In this document: piece by piece, positions 10,776 to 20,084 of the stretch
Layout of the letters: each line of letters opens with the position of its first letter
Numbering within the stretch: the first letter of the stretch is position 1
Assembly (NCBI GenBank): GCA_049644325.1
Contig: JBARRR010000041.1
Location: 11,929-75,928 of the forward strand
Length of the DNA stretch: 64,000 nt
Origin: Candidatus Dormiibacterota bacterium
GTDB taxonomy: Bacteria > Chloroflexota > Dormibacteria > DASZGP01
Reading direction: 5' to 3'
Notes under the pieces: generated by a model
Database searches by the model: none
Told to the model about the DNA's origin: nothing
The model's input: the letters and a program-made list of their open reading frames with translations, nothing else
Position numbers and translations under genes: made by a program

Positions 10776-11270
10776 ATGAGCTCATCCCTCACCGCCGAGC
10801 ACCAGGCCCGGGACGACAAAATCCGGCAGGCTCCACAGGACCATCACCCCAAGCTGGTCAGCCACAAGGAGGTCCGGGCCAAGATTCATGGCACCGGCCC
10901 GATGGGGCGGTTCAACGACCAGCTGGCGCTGCTGATCACCAAGGGCGTAGGCACCATGTGGTGCGCCTACCTGTTCGCGCTGCTGGCCATCCTCGGCTTC
11001 CCCGGCCTCACCTTCGACAATGGTGTCCAGCTGGTCGTCGCGACCCCGCACGACTACGTCCAGTGGATCAGCACCACCTTCCTCCAGCTTGTCCTCCTGG
11101 CCGTGATCATGGTCGGTCAAAACGTCATCTCCGTTGCCCAGGACGCCCGCGCCGAGTCGGACCACGACACCCTGATTGCGCTGCACGAGATGTCCAAGCA
11201 GCAGATCAACATCCTCGAGGGACAGAACAAGATCCTCGACCTGATCGAGAACAAGGTCGTGAAGGCATAG
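10776..11270 (+). CDS. small two-TM membrane protein inserted between sdhA and sdhB (possibly DUF1003-like)
   Basis: 164 aa with two hydrophobic helices and a charged C-terminal helix. Spacing to sdhA and sdhB is tight. Confidence 0.5.
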   Translation: MSSSLTAEHQARDDKIRQAPQDHHPKLVSHKEVRAKIHGTGPMGRFNDQLALLITKGVGTMWCAYLFALLAILGFPGLTFDNGVQLVVATPHDYVQWISTTFLQLVLLAVIMVGQNVISVAQDARAESDHDTLIALHEMSKQQINILEGQNKILDLIENKVVKA

Positions 11271-11282
11271 ATGGACAGCTGA

Positions 11283-12038
11283 ATGGCGGTATTCAAGGTC
11301 TTTCGCGGCGACAGCTCCGGCGGCAAGGAGGAGGCGTACGACGTCCCTGACGTCCCCGGCCAGGTGGTCCTCGACGCGATGCACTACATCCAGGCCAACC
11401 AGTCCCAGGACCTGGCGGTGCGATGGAACTGCAAGGCGGCCAAATGCGGCTCCTGCTCGGCCGAGATCAACGGCAAGCCCGGACTGATGTGCAAGACGCG
11501 CGTTGACCAATTTGGCGAAGAGGAGATCCACGTCCACCCCATGAAGACGTTCCCGCTGATCAAGGACCTGGTGACCGATGTCAGCTGGAACTACAAGGTC
11601 AACAAGAAGATCCCGCCCTTCACCTATGCCAAGGACGAGCCGGTGCCCTTTGTCATGATGCAGGAGGACATCGATCGCGTCATCGAGTTCCGCAAGTGCA
11701 TCGAATGCTTCATGTGCCAGGACGTCTGCCACGTGCTGCGCGAGCACGATGAGGGCAAGGACGAGTACTTCGGCCCTCGCTTCATGATCCGCATCGCGGG
11801 CCTGGAGATGCATCCCAAGGACATCCTCGATCGCACCGAGCTGACCCACGACGAGGCCGGCATCGGCCTCTGCAACATCACCAAGTGCTGCACCGAGGTC
11901 TGCCCCGAGCACATCCACATAACCGACAACGGGATCATCCCGATGAAAGAGCGCGTCGCCGACCGCTACTTCGACCCGATTCGGGCGGTCCTCCGCAAGC
12001 TTGCCCCCAAGAAGGAGCGAGTCCCTGCGACCGACTGA
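11283..12038 (+). CDS. sdhB: succinate dehydrogenase / fumarate reductase iron-sulfur subunit
   Basis: 2Fe-2S 'CKAAKCGSCSAEINGKPGLMC' and 4Fe-4S/3Fe-4S cysteine clusters (CIECFMCQDVC, CNITKCCTEVCP). Confidence 0.9.
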   Translation: MAVFKVFRGDSSGGKEEAYDVPDVPGQVVLDAMHYIQANQSQDLAVRWNCKAAKCGSCSAEINGKPGLMCKTRVDQFGEEEIHVHPMKTFPLIKDLVTDVSWNYKVNKKIPPFTYAKDEPVPFVMMQEDIDRVIEFRKCIECFMCQDVCHVLREHDEGKDEYFGPRFMIRIAGLEMHPKDILDRTELTHDEAGIGLCNITKCCTEVCPEHIHITDNGIIPMKERVADRYFDPIRAVLRKLAPKKERVPATD

Positions 12039-12071
12039 CCCGCGGGAGCCGGCCGGGCTCGGGCGCCTGAC

Positions 12072-13400
12072 ATGACCGGCGTCGCCAGGGGAGGGGAGCG
12101 GAGCCCGGGCGACGCGATCAAGCACCGACTCTGGCTTGAGTGGAGGTCCCTATCGCGGATGCGCACCGCGGTCATCCTGCTGGCGATCGTCGCCGGCCTC
12201 AGCATCGTTGCCACCGAGCTGCCCCAGCGCGCCATCCAACCGGAGCGCGCCAGTGGTTGGATCCAGGCGCACGCGCTTCTTGGTCCGTGGTTCGACCGGC
12301 TGGGCTTCTTTGCCGTCTACGAGTCCTGGCCCCTGATCGCGGCGGTGGTATTGATGTACGTCTCGCTGGGCAATTGCGTCATCACCCGAGGCATGGCCCT
12401 GTACCGACGCTGGCGCAAGAAGCTGCCCCGCAACCCCCAGTTCCTGGGCGAGGCCGGCAGCCTTGTCTTCCACCTCAGCTTCTTCGTCCTGCTCTTCGGC
12501 GTGCTCTTCAACCTTGCCGCCGGGTTCACCGCCTTCGTCAACGTGGTCGAGGGGGACTCGGTGGTGGAGGCGCGGCCTTCGTACGACCAGATCGAGGAGG
12601 GCGTCCTCTTCAACCCCTCGGCCCACCGTGGCTTCGAGGTCCGGGTCGACAAGTTCAACGCCACCTACTACAACGACGGCCGGCCGTCGGACTTTGTCAG
12701 CCACACCGAGGTCTTCGACCAGGGCAAGAAGGTCGCCGAGAAGGACATCAGGGTCAACGAGTACCTGGCCTACGACGACGTCAAGTTCTACCAGGCCAAC
12801 TATGGCTGGGCGCCCGTGATCCAGGTATACGACCCGGCCGGCAAGCTGATCTACGACCAGCCGGTGGTGTTCTTCGGCGATCCCCAGCTCTCCAATGGGG
12901 TTATGAAGGTGCCGGCAGCCGGACCCCCGGGGCAGCAGCTGGGGGCCCGGATGTTCTTTGTGCCCGACCTCCAGGGCGGCGGCCAGGACACCCGCGCCGG
13001 CACCGCCAACCCCAATAACCCGGCCATCTCCATGATCCTGTTCCAGGGCGACCTCCACGCCAACCGAGTCCAGAACGTCTACGACCTGGATGTCAGCCAG
13101 ATGAAGACGCTATGGCAGGGCGGCCTGCTGCTGGGACAGACCGTCCAGGTACCGGGGGGATACCGGGTCAGCTTCGCGCGCCTGGCCCGGTACACAGGGC
13201 TGCAGGCGACCTACGCTCCGGGCCTCCCCATCATCTACGGCGCCTTCGTCCTGATGCTGGGGGGTCTGCTGGTCCGGCTCTACCTGCGGCCGGTGCTCGA
13301 ATGGCAGCAGGCGCGCCGGAGGCAGGCGCAAGCCGTCAACCCGACGACCCCGCAGGGCGTGGTCCTGGGCCCCGCGCCCGGCCGATCCAGCCCCGGTTGA
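12072..13400 (+). CDS. ResB/Ccs1-like cytochrome c biogenesis protein
   Basis: N-terminal TM helices, a large extracytoplasmic domain and a C-terminal TM helix give ResB topology. No adjacent ccsA/resC gene is present. Confidence 0.55.
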   Translation: MTGVARGGERSPGDAIKHRLWLEWRSLSRMRTAVILLAIVAGLSIVATELPQRAIQPERASGWIQAHALLGPWFDRLGFFAVYESWPLIAAVVLMYVSLGNCVITRGMALYRRWRKKLPRNPQFLGEAGSLVFHLSFFVLLFGVLFNLAAGFTAFVNVVEGDSVVEARPSYDQIEEGVLFNPSAHRGFEVRVDKFNATYYNDGRPSDFVSHTEVFDQGKKVAEKDIRVNEYLAYDDVKFYQANYGWAPVIQVYDPAGKLIYDQPVVFFGDPQLSNGVMKVPAAGPPGQQLGARMFFVPDLQGGGQDTRAGTANPNNPAISMILFQGDLHANRVQNVYDLDVSQMKTLWQGGLLLGQTVQVPGGYRVSFARLARYTGLQATYAPGLPIIYGAFVLMLGGLLVRLYLRPVLEWQQARRRQAQAVNPTTPQGVVLGPAPGRSSPG

Positions 13401-13405
13401 CCGCC

Positions 13406-14788
13406 GTGGATCCCACCGAGGAGTGGCGCCGGCCTCCGCGGTGGCGGCGCTGGGAGATCTGGGGTGTAGCCGCCGTCATCGCGGTGGCCGGTGCGCTGCG
13501 CTTCCACGAGTTCACGCTGGCGCCGGTCCTGGCCGACAACCAGGACCCGCTGCAGTTCGGCTGGGCCGGGCTGACCCTGATCACCAAGCACGTCCCCTAC
13601 GCCTGGGAATACTTCAGCGCCTACCACTACGAGGTCTACCGCTACAGCAACGGCGATCTCTACAACCTGACTCACCCCTGGCTCAACCATCCGCCCCTGT
13701 TCTCGCTGCTGATCGGGGGATGGGCCTATCTACTCGGGGCCCGAGAGCTGGGCGACGTTACCCTGAGCATGATTCGCCCGGTCGCCATCATCCTGGGGCT
13801 GATCTCGATGTACCTGGCCTACATCCTCGGGCGCCGGGTGCTGGGATCCCGAGCCACGATGGTGGGACTGGTGCTGCTGGCTGTCTCCCCGGGGGCCGTC
13901 CTCCTCGGCCGGGAGGTTGAGACCGAAGCCCTGTTGGCGCCAATGCTGCTGGGAGGACTGATCCTGGTGCACCGTCTCCACACCGGGGAGGGCGGGCGCC
14001 TCGAGGTCGGCGGCGTGGTCGCGCTGTGCCTGCTGATGCCTCTGGTCAAGGTCTCAGGCGTGGTCCTGGCCGGGGGCCTGGCCGTCGTCCTCATCGCATC
14101 GGGGCGGTGGCGGCTGGCGGCTGCCAGCGTGCTCGCCGGTGCCGCCGGCTTTGGGTTGTTCGCCGTCTACGGGGCCCTCTTCGACTTCAACCTGTGGCTG
14201 GCGGTGCTGGCCGAGTGGCAGACGCACCGGCACGGGCTGATGGCGGGGTTCGAGTTCCTCAGCGACAACGCCGGCATCGGCAGGACCTTCCACGACGGCT
14301 GGTGGCTGCTGGGCCTGCTTGGCCTGGGCGCCATCATCGTTCGCGGCCGTACGGGCCCCAGACCGATGCTCCTGGCGACCACCGTCGCCGTCTACGCCGC
14401 CGGTATGACGGCTATCGGCGACGTGCTGGTCCAGGGACGGTACGCCTGGTACCGCATCGTTCTGTACCCCATCCTCTACACCGTTGCGGGCTACCTTGTC
14501 TGGCAATCCGTGAAGCGCCCTTCAGTGCCGGGCCTTCTGCTGGTCTTGGTCCTCGGCGGCGCCACCGCCTTCACGGCGATCAACGGCAAGCTCTTCACGC
14601 CCAACCCCTACCTGCTGGTGGCGGTGGTGAGCCTCGGGGTACTGCCGGCGGCGATCATGCTCTGGCGCAGTGAGTCGAGCGGCTGGCCGCGGATCGCCCA
14701 GGCCAGTGCCGCGGCGCTGATGCTGGCGGTGGTGGCGGCCAGCATTGTCGAGAGCTGGAACCTGGCCCAGATCTACCGGCAGATCTAG
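13406..14788 (+). CDS. GT39/GT83-like (ArnT/PMT-type) polytopic glycosyltransferase
   Basis: Multi-TM protein with an 'HPPLFSLLIGGW' loop motif typical of the ArnT/PMT superfamily. The GTG (or TTG 13397) start abuts the ResB-like stop. Confidence 0.5.
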   Translation: MDPTEEWRRPPRWRRWEIWGVAAVIAVAGALRFHEFTLAPVLADNQDPLQFGWAGLTLITKHVPYAWEYFSAYHYEVYRYSNGDLYNLTHPWLNHPPLFSLLIGGWAYLLGARELGDVTLSMIRPVAIILGLISMYLAYILGRRVLGSRATMVGLVLLAVSPGAVLLGREVETEALLAPMLLGGLILVHRLHTGEGGRLEVGGVVALCLLMPLVKVSGVVLAGGLAVVLIASGRWRLAAASVLAGAAGFGLFAVYGALFDFNLWLAVLAEWQTHRHGLMAGFEFLSDNAGIGRTFHDGWWLLGLLGLGAIIVRGRTGPRPMLLATTVAVYAAGMTAIGDVLVQGRYAWYRIVLYPILYTVAGYLVWQSVKRPSVPGLLLVLVLGGATAFTAINGKLFTPNPYLLVAVVSLGVLPAAIMLWRSESSGWPRIAQASAAALMLAVVAASIVESWNLAQIYRQI

Positions 14789-14799
14789 ACCCGGCGGGG

Positions 14800-16008
14800 T
14801 CAGACGCCCGCCTTCACCTCCTCCATCGCCGCCTGGAAACCGGGGATGGCCTTGTCGATCATGGCGTCGCTGGCGGTGCACGAGAGCCGGAAATAGCCGG
14901 GCATCTCCACCGCCACCCCGGGGAGCACGAAGACATCGTGCTCGGCGAGCTTCTCGGTGAAGGCGATGTCGTCCTCAACCGGTGCCTTGACCATGAGGTA
15001 GAACGTGGCCTCGGGAGTATGCGTCTCGTAACCCATCTCCGTCAGCGCCTCGACCAGCCGGTCACGCTTGCGCTGCAGGTGGGGTATATCGATGGATACC
15101 TTCTCCAGGTCGGGCGTCGCGTATTGCATCACGGCGTCAGGCACGCCGTAGCCGCCGGCCATGGCGGTCACCAGGAAGGCGATCCGGAGCCGCTCCCGGT
15201 CTGGCATCGAGGGCGGCATCGCGATGTAGCCCAGCCGCATGCCCGGGGTGAGGAGCGTCTTGCCATAGCTGTAGACCAGGAAGGTGTTGGGATAGAACTC
15301 GGTTGGGCTGTGGAACTCATTGCCGTCGAAGATGATCCGGTTGTAGGGCTCGTCCGAGATGATGAAGATGGGCCGGCCGTTCTTCTCGGACGCCGCCGTC
15401 AGCACCTCGGCCAGCCGCGCCAGTCGCGCCGGCGTGTAGATCTTCCCGGTGGGGTTGTGTGGCGTGTTGAGGATCAGGGCTCGGGTCTGCGGCGTGATCG
15501 CGGCGGCGATGGCCTCGACGTCGATGTCGAAGGTTTCCCGGTCCATCGGCACCTTGACCGGCTCGGCGCCGTTGTAGCGGATCATGCCCTCGTAGAAAAA
15601 CCAGGGCGGCGTGATGTAGATGACCTCGTCGGTCGGGCCCACCACCGTTCGCAGGATCATGGCGATGGCCGTCGAGGCGCCCTTGGTCATGGCGATGTCG
15701 TCGGGTTCGAACTCCAGCCCGATGACCTGGCGCAGCGTCGCCGCCACGGCCTGGGTTGCCACCGGCTCGCTCCGCTTGTAGGCGAACCAGTCCTTGTCCT
15801 GGGGTTCGATCCATTTGCGCAGCGCATCCACGAACCCCGGCACCGCCATCTCCTGGGGGTTGCCGGCGACGAAGTCGCTGATGCCGGGCTCCCCGGCGCG
15901 GCGGCTGTAGGCCGAGCTGGTGAAGAAGCCGACAAACGGCGTCATCGCCCGCGCGACCAGCTCGAAGTAGGGGTTGAGGTGGTCAGTCATGGGCGTAGAT
16001 TTTCTCAC
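14800..16008 (-). CDS. class I/II PLP-dependent aminotransferase
   Basis: Aspartate-aminotransferase-fold motifs ('NTPHNPTGKIY', 'SYGKTLLTPGMRLGY'). The start may be the internal Met at 15990. Confidence 0.85.
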   Translation of the reverse strand: MRKSTPMTDHLNPYFELVARAMTPFVGFFTSSAYSRRAGEPGISDFVAGNPQEMAVPGFVDALRKWIEPQDKDWFAYKRSEPVATQAVAATLRQVIGLEFEPDDIAMTKGASTAIAMILRTVVGPTDEVIYITPPWFFYEGMIRYNGAEPVKVPMDRETFDIDVEAIAAAITPQTRALILNTPHNPTGKIYTPARLARLAEVLTAASEKNGRPIFIISDEPYNRIIFDGNEFHSPTEFYPNTFLVYSYGKTLLTPGMRLGYIAMPPSMPDRERLRIAFLVTAMAGGYGVPDAVMQYATPDLEKVSIDIPHLQRKRDRLVEALTEMGYETHTPEATFYLMVKAPVEDDIAFTEKLAEHDVFVLPGVAVEMPGYFRLSCTASDAMIDKAIPGFQAAMEEVKAGV

Positions 16009-16627
16009 CGGCCGTCACGGCCACATCCAACCAGTTGTCCCGCGGCGCCAGGGGGCAGGCCCAGAAGGGGTCGTAGGCGCATGAAGGGTTGTAGGCGTAA
16101 TTGAAGTCGAGGGTGATCTCGGAGCTGCCGGCTGAGATGTCCAGCGCCAGCCCGTACGTGTTCTTGATGGTGTCGAGCAGGTAGCGGCCGCCGCCGTATG
16201 TCTCCTTCCCCGACGTGGAGTCGCGGAAGGGGAGGAAGAGCCCGCCGCCGTAGCCGACCAGCCAGAAGATGGTGAGCGAGCATGACCGGCCATCGAGCTC
16301 GAAGGCCACCCGCCCCGCGGTCCGGTAGTGGATGTCGCCGTCGGGGCCGCCGGTCTCGATGACGATATCGGTGGCGTTGTCCGCCATCTCCAGCTGGGTG
16401 GTGACACGGAACGCGGGGGCTGGGTCGAAGTACCTGAGGCCCTTGAAGGCGGCACGGTCGGCCGCGGGAATGGGGGACTGCGGATGGGTCCGGAATAGCT
16501 CATCCCGGCCGCTTCGGAAGGCGGTCAGAGCATCCGGGCCCTGGAGGCGGTAGAGGTCCCCGACACGGCGGCGCCAGTCGACCAGGTCGATGTAGTCCTG
16601 AGCCTGGCTCACGCCCATTCGATACAT
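15983..16627 (-). CDS. DUF1684 domain protein
   Basis: 'GGGRYL...DFNYAYNPSCAYDPFWACP' is a DUF1684-like signature. Confidence 0.65.
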   Translation of the reverse strand: MYRMGVSQAQDYIDLVDWRRRVGDLYRLQGPDALTAFRSGRDELFRTHPQSPIPAADRAAFKGLRYFDPAPAFRVTTQLEMADNATDIVIETGGPDGDIHYRTAGRVAFELDGRSCSLTIFWLVGYGGGLFLPFRDSTSGKETYGGGRYLLDTIKNTYGLALDISAGSSEITLDFNYAYNPSCAYDPFWACPLAPRDNWLDVAVTAGEKIYAHD

Positions 16628-16628
16628 T

Positions 16629-18572
16629 GTGCGGGTGGATCTAGCTGAGGGGCAGGTACTGGGGGCCTACACCCTGGTCGAGCGTGTCGGCCGGGGCGGC
16701 ATGGGCATCGTGTGGAAGGCCTACCAGGCATCCCTGGCGCGCTACGTCGCGGTCAAGGTGCTACCCGACGAGCTGGCCGGCGACCCTTCGTTCCGGGCAC
16801 GGTTCCGTGAGGAGGCGATCAACATCGCGGGCCTGCGGCACCCCAACATCCTGGCGGTTTTCGACTACGGTGAGATCACCGGCGGCGCCTACATCGTCAC
16901 CGAGTTCATCGACGGCGGGACCCTCGACGAGCAGCTGGGAACGGCGCTGCCCGCCGACTACGCCGTCAACATGTTGCGCCCGATCGCCGCCGCCCTCGAC
17001 TATGCCCACTCCCGCGGCGTGATCCACCGCGATGTCAAACCGCAGAACATACTCCTGACCCGCGAGGGCACGCCGATGCTGTCGGACTTCGGGCTGGCCC
17101 GGATGATGAGTGCGGACCGCCAGGTGACCAGCGCGGGCATGGTCTTGGGCACGCCCAACTACATGGCCCCGGAGCAGGCCCAGGGCCTGCCCGAGCCCGC
17201 CTCCGACCAGTACGCGCTGGCCATCGTCGCCTACGAGATGGTGACCGGCCGGGTTCCCTACAGCGCCCCCACCCCGATGGGCGTCGTCATCGCCCACCAG
17301 ACCGGCCCGCTGCCGCCGCCGCGCAGCATCAACCCCGAGATTCCCACCGAGGTGGAGGCGGTGGTGGTCAAGGCCCTGGCGCGCGAGCCGAAAGATCGAT
17401 ACTCCTCGGCCAGCGCTTTCATCCGGGCCCTGGCCCAGGAGACGCCGTCGTTAGGGCAGGGGGCGAGGCCCCCGGTGCCGCCCGCCCCTCCGATACCCGT
17501 GGCGGCTCCCAGCGACGGGGGAGGGGGTGGCCGGCGATGGGTGCTCGCCGTCGCGGCCCTCCTGGTGCTGGCGCTGCTGGGCGGAGGCGGATACCTCGCG
17601 TACCGCCAGTTCGTCCACCCGCTGCCTGCTCCCCCGGACGGCCCGACTGAGCCCAAGAACGTGGTCTGGGAGCAGTGGAAGAAGATCACCGGCGTCCTCG
17701 ACGTGCAGAGCACGAGCACGCCGGGGCGGATGATGGCGGTGGCGAACAACAAACTGGTGCTGGTCGACGCCAACCAGGTCCAGCCGTTCGCCCAGGGCCA
17801 GGACGGCTTCACCGGTGCCGGCGCCGAGCCCTACCTGGCGGTCTCCCCGGGGCTCCATCTCGCGGGGTGCGACTTCGGTACCGACCAGGCCTTTGCCCTG
17901 CGGCTGACGCAGCCGCTGGGGATCACTCACATCGACACCCACGGCAAGGCAACTGAATTGGCCAAGATCCCCGGCGTCAACGACATGAACGGGGTCGTCT
18001 TCGACACCGTGGGTAAGTTCGGCCAGCGCCTGCTGGTGATCAGCGACAGCGCCAATGACACCACCGTCAACGCGGTGGATTGCCAGGGCAAGGTCACCCG
18101 CATCGGCACGACGGTGCCCAAGTTCGAAGGAGGCTTGGCGATCGCCCCCAACAGCTTCGGCTCGTTCGGCGGCAACCTGATTGGGCCCGGTGAGTTCGAC
18201 GGCAAGATATACGCCGTCGACCCCAACGGCCAGGCCAAGGTGGTGGCCAACTCCGGGCTGCCCTCGGGGCAGGATGTCGGCGTCGAAAGCGCGGGCTTCG
18301 TGCCCTTCGGCTTCATCGGCTCCAGTGGCAGCGCCTACGTCGCCGACCGGGCCAGTGGCAACCAGCTCTCGCCCGGGACGGACACGCTGCTGCGCCTTAC
18401 CGCCGGCGCGCTCAAGGACGCCGGGGTCCAGGATGGCGACCTCCTCCTGGCGACCGAGGGCGGCGGACGCACCATCGCCGTTCGCTGCGACCCCAGCTGT
18501 GCGGTGCGCGAGATCGGGCACGCCAGCTCCGGGGCCCATATCGAGGGCCATATCGTCTTCCTCATGCAGTAG
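16629..18572 (+). CDS. serine/threonine protein kinase with TM segment and large extracytoplasmic C-terminal domain
   Basis: Hanks kinase motifs (GRGGMG.V.KA, HRDVKPQNILL, DFGLA, APE), a Pro-rich linker, a TM helix 'VLAVAALLVLALLGGGGYLAY', and a C-terminal domain of about 300 aa. Confidence 0.85.
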   Translation: MRVDLAEGQVLGAYTLVERVGRGGMGIVWKAYQASLARYVAVKVLPDELAGDPSFRARFREEAINIAGLRHPNILAVFDYGEITGGAYIVTEFIDGGTLDEQLGTALPADYAVNMLRPIAAALDYAHSRGVIHRDVKPQNILLTREGTPMLSDFGLARMMSADRQVTSAGMVLGTPNYMAPEQAQGLPEPASDQYALAIVAYEMVTGRVPYSAPTPMGVVIAHQTGPLPPPRSINPEIPTEVEAVVVKALAREPKDRYSSASAFIRALAQETPSLGQGARPPVPPAPPIPVAAPSDGGGGGRRWVLAVAALLVLALLGGGGYLAYRQFVHPLPAPPDGPTEPKNVVWEQWKKITGVLDVQSTSTPGRMMAVANNKLVLVDANQVQPFAQGQDGFTGAGAEPYLAVSPGLHLAGCDFGTDQAFALRLTQPLGITHIDTHGKATELAKIPGVNDMNGVVFDTVGKFGQRLLVISDSANDTTVNAVDCQGKVTRIGTTVPKFEGGLAIAPNSFGSFGGNLIGPGEFDGKIYAVDPNGQAKVVANSGLPSGQDVGVESAGFVPFGFIGSSGSAYVADRASGNQLSPGTDTLLRLTAGALKDAGVQDGDLLLATEGGGRTIAVRCDPSCAVREIGHASSGAHIEGHIVFLMQ

Positions 18573-18580
18573 GGGAGAGG

Positions 18581-18653
18581 CGCCCCGCCGAGGATTCGAA
18601 CCCCGGGCCCACAGCTTAGAAGGCTGTTGCTCTATCCACTGAGCTAGCGGGGC
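18581..18653 (-). tRNA. tRNA-Arg (anticodon UCU)
   Basis: The reverse complement folds as a cloverleaf with acceptor GCCCCGC/GCGGGGC, T-loop GGTTCGAATCC and anticodon loop CTTCTAA. CCA is not encoded. Confidence 0.85.
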
Positions 18654-18771
18654 GGACACGGTCCTGGGGAGCATAGCTCCCGTCGTCACGCACCTGGCGC
18701 AGGTCCCTCACGACCGCGTCACGCAACCTGCGCGAAGCCGTCAAACCCGCCAAGTAGCGTGAGCGCCGGCC

Positions 18772-19656
18772 ATGGTTGCAGCCTCAACTCCCCTCCGCAT
18801 TCCCCGCTCCCGAGCGGTCGCTCTACTGGTCGCCGCGGGGCTGGCCATGGCTGCCATCGTCGTTAGCCCGGCTCCGGCCAGGGCCGCCGGCTTCGACGCC
18901 AACTCCGCCGAGCAGCAGCTCTTCAACCTGATCAACCAGGACCGCGCCGCCAACGGCAAGCCCGCGCTTCAGCCCAACGCTTCTCTCAACAACATCGCCC
19001 GTGGCGGCAACATCTCGGTGTGCAGCGGTGAGACGGTGCACGGCCGGTCCCAGGACATGATTGAGCGCAACTTCTTCTCCCACCAGATCCCCAGCTGCGG
19101 CGCCTACGTATGGCCCGCCATCAGCAACGCCGGGATCCAGTATTCGTCTGCCGGCGAGAACATCGCCTGGAACAACTACTCGCCCCAGTCCACCAGTGTC
19201 GACCAGGCCAACACCGCCTTCATGAACAGCGCAGGCCACAGAGCGAACATCCTCGGCGACTACAACCAGGTTGGCGTTGGCGCCTGGATGGCGTCTGGGC
19301 CCTGGACCGGCAACGGCAACCCGCTCAACGGCGTGATCATGTACACCGAGATCTTCGTCAACGCGCCGATCGTGAGCCCGCCGCCGCCACCTCCGACCGG
19401 GCCAAGCTATCGCTACGTCAGGGACGATCCCACGCCGACGCCTGCGGCGGCGCCGTCGGCGAGTCGCCAGGCCAGGGCCTCGGCGCCAGCGACCAGCTCC
19501 GCCGCAGTCCCGTCCGAAACCGCATCTTCAGCGCCGCCCCCGGGAGCCAACGCTGGCGCGGTAGAGCTGAGAAGCCGGCTGGCCGGTCTCGAGCTGGAGC
19601 GCGCCCTCCAGCGGCTGTACACGTACTTAGCCTCAGCCTCAGACCTTCCCGGCTAA
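18772..19656 (+). CDS. secreted CAP/SCP/PR-1-like (YkwD-like) domain protein with Pro-rich C-terminal tail
   Basis: Signal peptide followed by a CAP-domain core ('GENIAWNN', 'HRANILG'). Confidence 0.7.
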   Translation: MVAASTPLRIPRSRAVALLVAAGLAMAAIVVSPAPARAAGFDANSAEQQLFNLINQDRAANGKPALQPNASLNNIARGGNISVCSGETVHGRSQDMIERNFFSHQIPSCGAYVWPAISNAGIQYSSAGENIAWNNYSPQSTSVDQANTAFMNSAGHRANILGDYNQVGVGAWMASGPWTGNGNPLNGVIMYTEIFVNAPIVSPPPPPPTGPSYRYVRDDPTPTPAAAPSASRQARASAPATSSAAVPSETASSAPPPGANAGAVELRSRLAGLELERALQRLYTYLASASDLPG

Positions 19657-19672
19657 TCTTTACCACCGACGC

Positions 19673-19749
19673 GGTGGCATTAGCTCAGTTGGTTAGAGTG
19701 CCAGGTTGTGGCCCTGGAGGTCGTGGGTTCAAATCCCACATGCCACCCA
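19673..19749 (+). tRNA. tRNA-His (anticodon GUG)
   Basis: Has the extra 5' G(-1), acceptor GTGGCAT/ATGCCAC, anticodon loop TTGTGGC and T-loop GGTTCAAATCC. Confidence 0.85.
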
Positions 19750-19766
19750 CCCGCCCGACCTGACCG

Positions 19767-20075
19767 TCAGGACGGCACGGGCGGGGCATCGGGGTCGCGT
19801 TTCCAGCCGCCCCGCTCGACCAGGCGCAAACCCAGCTCGCGCTGCGCCCGGTCGATCACAGAATCGAAATGCTTGGGCTCGCCCGGCTGACGGGTGACCT
19901 CGCGGTCGGCCCACTGGCCCTCGAAGCGGTCGAACCAGCCCTCGATCGCGGTGATCGGCTCGGAGAAGATGCGCAGCAGGGCGGCCTCCAGCTCCGGCGG
20001 GGCACCCTCGACCGTCAGGGGGTTCTCCTCGACCCGGACCCTGAGGTCCGCGGCGTTGCTGAAAATGGCCCACAT
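19767..20075 (-). CDS. hypothetical protein
   Basis: 102-aa ORF with coding-like composition. It forms a tightly spaced minus-strand trio with the next two genes. Confidence 0.4.
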   Translation of the reverse strand: MWAIFSNAADLRVRVEENPLTVEGAPPELEAALLRIFSEPITAIEGWFDRFEGQWADREVTRQPGEPKHFDSVIDRAQRELGLRLVERGGWKRDPDAPPVPS

Positions 20076-20084
20076 CGCTGGGTC

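Noticed and set aside
10782-13058. 447-aa and 302-aa minus-strand ORFs over sdhB and the ResB-like gene
   Set aside because: Both are antisense to a protein with unmistakable Fe-S cluster motifs. Their composition is dominated by G/A/V/D/R with no domains.
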